Translations under genes and position numbers: made by a program | Notes under the pieces: generated by a model | Databases searched by the model: none | Seen by the model: the letters and a program-made list of their open reading frames with translations, nothing else | What the model was told of the DNA's origin: nothing | Virus record (IMG/VR): IMGVR_UViG_3300009500_000012 | Direction: 5' to 3' (one strand) | DNA: 64,000 bases | From: an uncultured virus (IMG/VR IMGVR_UViG_3300009500_000012) | Lineage: Duplodnaviria > Heunggongvirae > Uroviricota > Caudoviricetes | Shown here: piece by piece, positions 9,896-18,349 of the stretch | Numbering within the stretch: position 1 is the first letter of the stretch | Layout: each line of letters begins with the position of its first letter

Positions 9896-10204
9896 ATGTC
9901 TACCATCGCAGAAGTCACGAAAAAGCGCCCCGGCCGCGTTCGCACGGCCAACTCGGAACGTATGTCCGAGGCCATGTTCAAGGCGAAGAACGTCCAAGGT
10001 CTGACGCTCCAAGCCATCGCCGATAAGTACAACAAAGACAAGCGCCGCCAGGAAGCGGGCAAAACCCTCACCGCCCAAGCCGTGTATGCCCGTATCAAGG
10101 ACTTCGCAGCCCGTAACCCGGAGAAGGTTGCGGAAATCCTGGGCTCGGTCGAACCGGAGAACGTCGCCTCCGCTGAAACGACCGACGCTCTCGCCGTCGC
10201 CTAA
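9896..10204 (+). CDS. Small basic, possibly HTH DNA-binding protein; GC-rich codon usage
   Basis: GLTLQAIADKYN...AQAVYARIK; AAGGA SD. Confidence 0.65.
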   Translation: MSTIAEVTKKRPGRVRTANSERMSEAMFKAKNVQGLTLQAIADKYNKDKRRQEAGKTLTAQAVYARIKDFAARNPEKVAEILGSVEPENVASAETTDALAVA

Positions 10205-10304
10205 AAAAGTACCACGAAAAGATACAAACTAGGGTTAGTGATAAAACACTAATCCTGGTTTGTTATCTGTTGACAAATAGGTGCATGGTCGGTATACTGC
10301 CCCC

Positions 10305-10499
10305 ATGCCACTCTCTAAACGAGTCCGAGTTTTGCGTAATCTTACCCATGATAATGGATGTAAGAAGGACATACCTCGGCTAACTATATGCAAAACAGAA
10401 CCATCAAAACATCGAATAGGTAATTCTACTTGTCCGGTGTTTTGTCCACATTGCAAAAATATAATGCGTGTACCTAATAGAGCATTGAAACCAGCATAA
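10305..10499 (+). CDS. Small Cys-rich protein
   Basis: TTGACA-17-TATACT then 6 nt to ATG; CPxxCPHC. Confidence 0.55.
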   Translation: MPLSKRVRVLRNLTHDNGCKKDIPRLTICKTEPSKHRIGNSTCPVFCPHCKNIMRVPNRALKPA

Positions 10500-10500
10500 G

Positions 10501-10613
10501 AAAAAATCCTATTGGCTCATATGACTTGCGTAACGCATACCAATAGGATTTTTCCCTTGTTCGGATTATTGCTCCGAACATTGTCGCGGGCGCCAGTAGG
10601 CCATGACCCTACA
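10501..10613 (-). ncRNA. sRNA cassette 1
   Basis: TTGACA-17-TATAAT (10647-10619), hairpins, long terminator. Confidence 0.55.
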
Positions 10614-10677
10614 CCGACATTATAACATAGAACCGAAATTATGTCAAACAATATCCAATTTATAATAGATTGAATGA

Positions 10678-10772
10678 CATAAGAATAGTAGTACCCCAGT
10701 AAATTTACTACCAAGATACTACTATTACTCAGGGGCTATAATCGCCCTCCACCAGTAGTTTCTTATCCTACA
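10678..10772 (-). ncRNA. sRNA cassette 2 (paralog of cassette 1)
   Basis: TTGACA-17-TATAAT (10806-10778), same 5' GTAG..CTACTGG hairpin, terminator-like stem. Confidence 0.55.
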
Positions 10773-10835
10773 CCATGATTATAGCATAGAACCGAAATCC
10801 TGTCAAATAATACCCATTTATAATAAATAAGACTA

Positions 10836-10900
10836 AACACAATAATACCCAGAATTTCTCCTGGGTATTATTGCATCCCGAAGCCCTTTACGGCTACTCC
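10836..10900 (-). ncRNA. sRNA cassette 3
   Basis: TTGAAA-17-TATACT (10935-10907), AGCC/GGCT hairpin and terminator. Confidence 0.4.
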
Positions 10901-10915
10901 ATCTATAGTATACTC

Positions 10916-11548
10916 TTAAAAGAACATACTTTCAACAACAGCAGTTTTCCGAGTTGTGGCAATTCCGTACTTCTGAATCTTCTTCACAAGAGAACGAATT
11001 CGACTCGCCACATATCGAGGGCTTCGATGACTATGAGGATAATTTGCAGGGTCAAATAGATAATCTGCTTGATTTTTGGTAATTCCAAAAAACATTGTAG
11101 CGGCATCAAAGTTTACATAACCTTGAAATTCTACATCAATAGGAGTAACACCTGTAATGCATTTAAAACGAAGTTCTTCTTCATCATACTTATATGCAGA
11201 ACTCCACTTCAATCCTTTAGAAATAAACCAAGGATGAAGGGCAGCAGTTCCTAATGCACATGCACTACTTCCACACTTTAGTTCTTTAACTTTTTTGTTT
11301 GCAATAGCCTCAACAGGAACATAACCAAAACTGCTTAAATCAAAATTTTTAACAGGAATAGAAAGTTTTTTACGTTCCTTAGAAAATTCTTCAAGAACTT
11401 CTGCAAGTTTTAAAAGACGTTGCGGTTTAAAAGGAGTAGGAGCATAATCATTCTTTGTATAAATAAAAGAATGGTTCGCATTACTTGAATAGTAAGTGGT
11501 AGTCTTTTCGCAAGGAATAACTTCGTCTTCAGTAGTAGTAGTCATCAT
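10916..11548 (-). CDS. Conserved phage hypothetical (CGSSACALG motif)
   Basis: ORF; TTGCAA-17-TATACT places the start at 11548. Confidence 0.7.
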   Translation of the reverse strand: MMTTTTEDEVIPCEKTTTYYSSNANHSFIYTKNDYAPTPFKPQRLLKLAEVLEEFSKERKKLSIPVKNFDLSSFGYVPVEAIANKKVKELKCGSSACALGTAALHPWFISKGLKWSSAYKYDEEELRFKCITGVTPIDVEFQGYVNFDAATMFFGITKNQADYLFDPANYPHSHRSPRYVASRIRSLVKKIQKYGIATTRKTAVVESMFF

Positions 11549-11600
11549 ACAAAGAAGTATACCAATGCACTTTAGTTCTTGCAAGTAATACTTAAAACAC

Positions 11601-11920
11601 AAAAACCCTAGTATTTCTACCAGAGTTTTTGTGCAGATGGTGGGACTTTACATACCCACACGTTCGGAGTGAAGAGTTGCCTTTGAAGTACAAATTTCCC
11701 TACTTGCTCTGCAACGAAGCTGCCGCCTCATCAACATCAAATTGTCACCAATCTGATTGACATTCCTACTTAGTATGCCTACTAAGACCCACTATACCCC
11801 TCAAGCACTTGCCCGTCAAAGTATAGTCCAGGGAATTCCGAACTTTACAGGACCTTACTCCCGGCCTTCACCATAGAGTTTTTCGGTCACATCCTAGTTT
11901 ACTTGCCGTCGCTTTCAACC
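11601..11920 (-). ncRNA. Putative ~320-nt structured ncRNA
   Basis: Perfect TTGACA-17-TATAAT (11954-11926), no ORF in the track, many helices, terminator 11601-11630. Confidence 0.7.
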
Positions 11921-12062
11921 TTTTTATTATAGGACACAAACACAGTTCTGTCAACACCAAATCAAAAGATTTTTACCCACAGACTTCTACACACTATCCA
12001 CAAGGAAAAAGTTTAAAATTCTCCTGCTTGCAATTTCTCTTCCCATATCCTATAATGAATGA

Positions 12063-12275
12063 GTTAGCGATAACGGCTTCGTCCGAACGAAGCATCGCTG
12101 AAAGACCTCGATATCTGCGAGTTTACGCTCAATAGTGATTATCTGGTGCTTTCAGGTAAAGAGTGAATTAATCCCTTTAAGGTCGGACTTCATGGGACGG
12201 TTGGTGTTCTTGACCGATAACTCTGGCTCTAGGTTTATGTAACAAAGCTCCGCAAGGAGATACCTACCCAGGTTC
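12063..12275 (+). ncRNA. Putative ~210-nt structured ncRNA
   Basis: TTGCAA-17-TATAAT (12028-12056), nested helices, GCAA tetraloop. Confidence 0.6.
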
Positions 12276-12335
12276 AAAAAAAGAATTAGGTTTTGAGGGT
12301 TCCCTAGCGTAAACAAAATCCTCTTCAATAATCTT

Positions 12336-12482
12336 TAAAAGAAATGCTTGATGGAGCATCATAAATCCACCCAAGGGTTCGACGGGTACTTTACAGAGTT
12401 CCCACTCCAGTAGCTGTAACTACTGCCTTGCTTTAAGCCCTGCGCCACCACACAGAGTAGGTTAGCGGGGCTTCTTGATTTT
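12336..12482 (-). ncRNA. Putative ~140-nt structured ncRNA
   Basis: TAGAAT -10, helices AAGCCC/GGGCTT and CAGTAG/CTACTG, hairpin plus U-tract at the end. Confidence 0.45.
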
Positions 12483-12581
12483 TGTTTCAATTCTATAATA
12501 AATAGAGTATCTTTAAAGAGATACTCTAAAAAATCCTTACTTGACAAAACATACTCAAAACACTATACTAAAAATGGATAT

Positions 12582-12642
12582 GGGACCGCAGCCGATGCGG
12601 CATGACAGGTAAATGTGGGTTCAACTCCCATCGGTTCCACCA
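12582..12642 (+). ncRNA. 61-nt tRNA-like RNA without anticodon arm (tmRNA TLD-like, Ala identity)
   Basis: GGGACCG/CGGTTCC stem, T-arm GTGGG-TTCAACT-CCCAT, ACCA end, own TTGACA-17-TATACT promoter. Confidence 0.7.
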
Positions 12643-12830
12643 TTTGACAGAATCCTTTCTGTATGATATAGTCTAAATGTCTCCTAGTTATGCCAACTCA
12701 AAATTGGTCCCTTGAATGGGATATATAGAAAATAACTAGGTATTCTGGTCCCGGATGATTGTGGGTTACCCATAGGGATGATGAGGAACAACTCGGATGC
12801 ATACGAGCCTCATCCTAAAATTTTAAAAAT

Positions 12831-12944
12831 TTGATAGCTGATGGCAAGCATCGAAGCTGCGACTGTCCTTAATCGGGTAGCAGGTGGAAATCGGCGTAGG
12901 CGGTTCGCTACCGCTGTGAAGGTTCGACTCCTTCCAGTTATCAA
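12831..12944 (+). ncRNA. tRNA-like multi-arm RNA without CCA
   Basis: 10-bp closing stem, canonical T-arm GAAGG-TTCGACT-CCTTC, three further hairpins. Confidence 0.55.
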
Positions 12945-13005
12945 TTAAAACTTCCGGTATGGCTGAATAGCGCCGATTTCTAGAATGCAAGGCGACCATA
13001 CTTCC

Positions 13006-13034
13006 GAAACCCTCATCTTTTGATGGGGGTTTTC
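13006..13034 (+). terminator. Intrinsic terminator closing the RNA operon
   Basis: CCCTCATC/GATGGGGG stem plus T-run. Confidence 0.7.
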
Positions 13035-13078
13035 GTGCTATATTTGATTTAACTTCAACTTCTTGCTATAATATCAAT

Positions 13079-13282
13079 ATGAATAACAACGAAGAACCGA
13101 ATGATTTTGTCAAACCTCTTACTAAAGAACAACTCGCTTCACAAGAATGTTCTTGCGGATGTGGACAAATTGCACTACTTACCCATAATACTATCCCAGG
13201 CTATTTTGCAGACATGGACTGTATCCGTAAGATTATGCCTAATGCAAAATGGACAGATACATGGGTCATAAATGAACTATAA
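13079..13282 (+). CDS. Small Cys-containing protein
   Basis: TATAAT 6 nt before ATG; CSCGCG. Confidence 0.6.
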   Translation: MNNNEEPNDFVKPLTKEQLASQECSCGCGQIALLTHNTIPGYFADMDCIRKIMPNAKWTDTWVINEL

Positions 13283-13519
13283 TCTAAAGGTTGGACCTCC
13301 ATCCACACCCTGTTGATAAGTTATCGGCCTGAAAAAACTTACCAACAAAATAAAAAGACCCTATTTCTTGTTCCGCGACTTGATTTAGGGTCTTTTTATT
13401 TTCAATACTATAATAAATTGTACAAATGGCCAATCAATCTTTTAATAAACTCCTCTTTCCCCGAGTTTTTCTTAGTTTATTATCTTTACCTTTGTTCAAA
13501 TGTATAATAAATTGGTTCC

Positions 13520-13834
13520 TTATTTCCAAGGAAGAACCTTAATACAATTAAGAACCAAATCTAAAATAGAAACTCCCTCCTTACCCGGTTCAAAGGTTGA
13601 AGGTTCTAATCCCAATATTTCCATACTAATTACACGATTCTCTAACCATGTAAGAACAGCCCTTGCTTCCGTGCCAGTAGCAGGACATTCCTTAGCAAGA
13701 GCCTCTAACTTATACTCTTCGGCTATCTCAAATAACAGAGACATATCATCATGGTCAAGAGGCTCACCACACTCACGCATCTGCTTCAGGCGGTCAACAT
13801 GAAATTGGACTTCTTCCTTGGTCATATTTTTCAT
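13520..13834 (-). CDS. Hypothetical protein
   Basis: ORF with leaderless promoter. Confidence 0.6.
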   Translation of the reverse strand: MKNMTKEEVQFHVDRLKQMRECGEPLDHDDMSLLFEIAEEYKLEALAKECPATGTEARAVLTWLENRVISMEILGLEPSTFEPGKEGVSILDLVLNCIKVLPWK

Positions 13835-13879
13835 ATATGCATACTACCAAATCATATTAGTTATTGCAAATCTCATATA

Positions 13880-14440
13880 GGTAGTGGTTTCAATTAAAAT
13901 ATAATAAATTGAACAGATTTAAATTAATTTATTATAAATTCAATCACATTTTCCGCTTTCCAATATCATCATCCCTCGGCCTGCGGCCTCGGTGGTTATT
14001 AGATTTAAAATATAATAATATAAATTTAAAAACCCTGGGGGTCAGTATTTTTAACTTTATTAAACTGGGGGTTTTAATTAAAAACCAGGAGATTCTAAGC
14101 GACCCTATTTAAAATCCGCTCGCTTCGCTCGCTTTTTTGGCAATTTTTAGTATTAAAAAAAGTCTGTACCAGAACGAAGAAAAATTAGTTGTTCCACTCT
14201 CCTCCATTTTATGGGTAAAATCTACCACCGTGTTCCACCTATTTCTACTTGAATAAATATATCCTCTATTACAGACATGAATACGGGAGTACGCGGATGC
14301 GCCTGTGTTACAGCGCGTATATAGATATATGTATACGTACCCGTTTTAAAAAACTTTTTCGCCTAATTTTTTTGGGTTTTTATTTTAACTACTACTTTTT
14401 CTTCATATATTTAAGATTTTATTTGTATCAAAGAAAATAC
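13880..14440. other. Gene-free AT-rich region with hairpins; candidate origin or packaging site
   Basis: No credible ORF; GC-rich hairpin motifs embedded in AT tracts. Confidence 0.35.
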
Positions 14441-14762
14441 ATTTTAGTATCTTTTTTTAGGTGTTGTTGAAAGCATATCATTATATAGAAGTTCTTTTTG
14501 TTCTTGTTGTTGTTCAAACAATTCTAGTCTTTGATTAAAGATAACAATTTCTTCTTCAAAGATAAAGTCTTTAATGCTTTTGAATGTAAATAGTTTTATT
14601 TCTGTGTTTTTATTTTGGTTACGTGCTAAAATGAAATAGGTGTATATATCTTCTTCTGAGGAAGCTGCTCTATGAAAGTTCCATCCATTATTTTGTGTTA
14701 AAGTGTTAATAGAGGAGAGGAAGTCTGTCATTACTGTTACTTGTTCTAGTGTCATGATATTA

Positions 14763-15083
14763 TTATCTTTCATCTGGTATTTCTATTTGAAAGTTAAAGG
14801 GATGTATTATTGCATGTTTATTAGCATAATGGAAATATTCTTTTTGAATAATACTGTCATAGGAAGATACAAATTTTTTCATTTCTTTAGTATTAGAAAA
14901 AACATCGCTCTTGTTTATATCAGGAGTAATCAACATAAAAAAGGATATATTAACTGAGACAATTCTTTTTATATTATTTTTATCTAATTCTTTTTGAATG
15001 GCAATAGCAAGTGGACATTTCATAGAATCGCTTTGAATGCCTTTATCTATATCTTCTTGTGTAACATTAATTTTTAAAAGCAT
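14763..15083 (-). CDS. Conserved phage hypothetical (INVTQEDIDKG...CPLAIAI)
   Basis: ORF; paralog at 28.1-28.3 kb. Confidence 0.7.
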   Translation of the reverse strand: MLLKINVTQEDIDKGIQSDSMKCPLAIAIQKELDKNNIKRIVSVNISFFMLITPDINKSDVFSNTKEMKKFVSSYDSIIQKEYFHYANKHAIIHPFNFQIEIPDER

Positions 15084-15267
15084 TATTATTAATGAATAAT
15101 CCTTGTTTTAAAGAGAAATTATTGGGTCATCATTGTTGTTGTCATCATCATTCTTCTTCATTGATTATAGCAGAAGAGATATTTGGAGTCTATTTCTTTC
15201 TTATAATGAAATTGTCTTAGGTATAGTCCTAAGTAGTAGTATTTTTTAAGAAAGGTATTCTATTATC

Positions 15268-15906
15268 GTGGATACAAAGAAGTATAAAGATAATGATTGG
15301 TCTATTTCTCATTGTTTGGAACATCTAAATGAACTTCGAGCGCCAGATTTAATAGACAAAACATTACGTACAAAAAGATTAAATGACTTGGGTGTAAAAG
15401 AATATGTATGGTGGACAAAAAGTAAAGGTCTTTGGTATAGGCATTCTGTAGGATTTGAAAATGATGAAGAAGAAGCATCTACTCAAATAGTTCATGATGC
15501 ATCTTATAGTGGTGGAAATGATACTCCTACAGTTTGTTATTGTAGAGTATTTCAAATAAATAAAAAAGGTATGTGGCTTTATTCTGTCTCAGAAAAAGGA
15601 GATATTACGAAGCATTTTGGACATAAAATTATCAATGGTCCTAATGGTATTTTAAATAAATATTTGATTTACCTTTCAGATATAGAAGAACGAGAACAAC
15701 CATATCAATCTTCTAAAGGTTGGAATATAGTTTCTGTTGCAAGATTTAATGGTTACGGAACATTTAAAACTGAAGAAGAGGCTATTTATTTTTCAAATGA
15801 AATAATAAATCGAAATATTGGTAAACTAAATGAAAAAGTTATTATAAATCTTCATAGATTAATTGAAGTACAAAAACAAAATGAAAAACTTTTTCCCAAA
15901 ACTTAA
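15268..15906 (+). CDS. Hypothetical protein
   Basis: 212-aa ORF followed by a hairpin terminator. Confidence 0.7.
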   Translation: MDTKKYKDNDWSISHCLEHLNELRAPDLIDKTLRTKRLNDLGVKEYVWWTKSKGLWYRHSVGFENDEEEASTQIVHDASYSGGNDTPTVCYCRVFQINKKGMWLYSVSEKGDITKHFGHKIINGPNGILNKYLIYLSDIEEREQPYQSSKGWNIVSVARFNGYGTFKTEEEAIYFSNEIINRNIGKLNEKVIINLHRLIEVQKQNEKLFPKT

Positions 15907-16245
15907 AAAAATAAGAGGGTTAAAAGCCCTCTTTATTTTTAACTTCTAACAAGTTGAACAGTTTTGTGTGGACCTTCTTCAAGTATTTTATTTAGTTTTT
16001 CTACTTGATATTCAAATCCATCCCGTTCTTGATAATCATTGCGGAGTCGAATTATTTGATGTTTTACGGCATAATATGCTTCTTCTTTTGCATTACCAAG
16101 ACCCATTCTAGCAATTGAAAGAATAATATCAAATCCAGGAACATTATCGTTATACTTATTTAATGACCCTGGTGATTTGTTATTTCTAGGAGGTTCTAAT
16201 GGATTTGCTCCTGGTGCATCTGGTTCTGGTTGCCAATTACCCATT

Positions 16246-16803
16246 TTATTTCTTTGCCCTGTAAGTGAGAGAAATTCTGCCTCTCATTTCTCTATTACCT
16301 TTTGGAATTTTATGTTGCCATTCATTTTGAAAACCTGGAGGCATAATGAAAAGACTTCCATTTGCTAAAGTAAATTTATACTTATCAGGAATTTCACCTT
16401 TATATCCAATTGGTCTAACCCAAAGTTCTCTTGGTTCTCCCAAAGATACAACTGCAATAGGTTGTTTTTGATTAATTAATGGGCTATTATCACTATGCCA
16501 TCCAAGAGCCTGTTTTTGATTTTCATAATAATTAAGAAAACACATATTTAAATTGTAACCATACGCTTTATTGATTACACCCTCAATATATTGTACAGTA
16601 ATATGATAAGAAACAGACTCATAAACAGGGGCATCAGGAACACCCTCAATATATTTATATTGAGTTGGTTCATGTGCCATAAAACATTCTTTACGTCTTG
16701 CCTGAACAGATAACCAATCTACTTCTTGTAATAAAGATTTATAGAATGATTTAGCAACATGTTCAACAATAAAGTTTTCTGTATACATAATGTTTTCAAG
16801 CAT
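16246..16803 (-). CDS. alkB: AlkB-family 2OG-Fe(II) dioxygenase
   Basis: LNYY, GWHSD, VVSLG, HKIPK, RISLTYR. Confidence 0.9.
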   Translation of the reverse strand: MLENIMYTENFIVEHVAKSFYKSLLQEVDWLSVQARRKECFMAHEPTQYKYIEGVPDAPVYESVSYHITVQYIEGVINKAYGYNLNMCFLNYYENQKQALGWHSDNSPLINQKQPIAVVSLGEPRELWVRPIGYKGEIPDKYKFTLANGSLFIMPPGFQNEWQHKIPKGNREMRGRISLTYRAKK

Positions 16804-16968
16804 TTTTTTCTTTCATACGTTTTTCTTGAGCAATCCATCTATTACGATGAAAAGTAGAGAGCCCATCTTTGCTTGTAGCAGGAAGCATACAGCATCCATT
16901 GTTAGTATGACGTACAGAGTCATCTTGACAATAGCCGTACTTCCATTTCTCTGCTTCATTTTTCTTCA

Positions 16969-17655
16969 TTAATATTTAATTTTCGTCAAGCCCTTCCAAT
17001 AGCGACGAATATATTTATCTTTTTGATACCAATTTTCTACAAGATTATCAAGAGAAAGTGTTTTACATTTCTTAATAATAAGTTTTTGGGCATCTTTTGT
17101 ATAATATTTTCGGCCTAACCCATCGAGGCTTGAATAAACCATAGACCATCTAAAACCAATATCCATTAAGTTCAAATTTTGAGCTAAACATAACTGAATG
17201 GAAAATGTATTTATTTCTCTGTCCCAAGCACTTTTATATCTGTGTTTCATAAATTTGCTAGGAAGTAGTAAATTCATTCCTAAATTAGGCAAACGCAATC
17301 TATATCGTTCTTCATCATCTAATTCTAAAATATGAGAAAATTCATGAAGGAAAGATTCACTATCGCCATCAGCCCCAGCACTAGGAATCAAAAGTGGGTT
17401 AGTATTATTTTTTGAGCGTAGTTTTGGTTTCAAATAAGAATTTAATTCTGGGTCACCAAAGTTAATAGCAGAATAAGGACGCAAAGAATGCGGTATTTTT
17501 GTATTATCACCAACAATACCAATAGCACTATTCTCAAAAAGTTTCATAAAGAAATTATATGCTTTTACCTGATAATTATCATTTTGGTAAAAGAAAAAAT
17601 CAGCGAGTGCTTCGCCTCGCTTTTCTACTACTTCAGGTGAAACTGGAATATTCAT
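16969..17655 (-). CDS. HExxH zincin-like protein, paralog A
   Basis: LHEFSHILELD...LPNLGM...WDRE. Confidence 0.6.
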   Translation of the reverse strand: MNIPVSPEVVEKRGEALADFFFYQNDNYQVKAYNFFMKLFENSAIGIVGDNTKIPHSLRPYSAINFGDPELNSYLKPKLRSKNNTNPLLIPSAGADGDSESFLHEFSHILELDDEERYRLRLPNLGMNLLLPSKFMKHRYKSAWDREINTFSIQLCLAQNLNLMDIGFRWSMVYSSLDGLGRKYYTKDAQKLIIKKCKTLSLDNLVENWYQKDKYIRRYWKGLTKIKY

Positions 17656-17686
17656 GTTCCTACTATATCAGAAGGTCAAAGTTATG

Positions 17687-18349
17687 TCAAAAAAGAATTT
17701 CTTTACCAAGACCCTTCCAATTATGGAGAATATATTCATTCTTTTGTTGCCAATTTTCTAGTAAAGAATCAATTGATATATTTTTAGATTTATCATAGAT
17801 TTCAGATACTTGACTTGGTTTTGTTGTTTCTAATTTAGTCAAAGTATTTAAGGCAGCATCCATTGAAATTCCTGAATCTTCAACCTCCAGATATTTACAT
17901 AAAGCAAATTGAATTGCTATTGTTTTTGCTTCTCTATCAAAGGCAGTTTTGTAAGGATTTTTAATATATTTTTTATTAATTCCCATACCTAAATTAGGTA
18001 GAGTAAGACGATAGAATTCTTCTTTATCAAGTTCTAGAATGTGACAAACTTCATGAAGTAAATAACGCATAGGCGTAAATTGTCCTGTGCCACAAACTAT
18101 AACAGGATTAGATAATTTTATATCATTAGAGTCTATGAAATCATAATCTTCAAAATGAAGAGGTTTGTAAAATATATTTAATTTGGGGTTTATATCGGAA
18201 GGTTCACAAAGCCCGATAACACTATCTTTAAATAGTTCTTGGAAAAAATTAAATGCTTTAAATTTCATAGGTCCTTGGCCAAACATACCAAGAAAATTAT
18301 GTTCAAGGATTCTTGTTCTTTTATGTATTGTTCGACCAGGGATTATCAT
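17687..18349 (-). CDS. HExxH zincin-like protein, paralog B
   Basis: LHEVCHILELD...LPNLGM...FDRE. Confidence 0.6.
   Translation of the reverse strand: MIIPGRTIHKRTRILEHNFLGMFGQGPMKFKAFNFFQELFKDSVIGLCEPSDINPKLNIFYKPLHFEDYDFIDSNDIKLSNPVIVCGTGQFTPMRYLLHEVCHILELDKEEFYRLTLPNLGMGINKKYIKNPYKTAFDREAKTIAIQFALCKYLEVEDSGISMDAALNTLTKLETTKPSQVSEIYDKSKNISIDSLLENWQQKNEYILHNWKGLGKEILF

Noticed and set aside
11895..11920. raiA-motif RNA suggested by the GGTTGAAAG start
   Set aside because: The similarity is only about 9 nt and the rest does not follow the motif as I recall it.
12359..12547. 62-aa minus-strand ORF
   Set aside because: It overlaps promoters and a palindrome and is better explained as RNA.
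12582..12944. Full-length or permuted tmRNA
   Set aside because: Both acceptor strands are in one 61-nt piece and no tag ORF was found nearby.
13909..14470. Short F/I/Y/K-rich ORFs
   Set aside because: Low-complexity products of AT-rich non-coding DNA.
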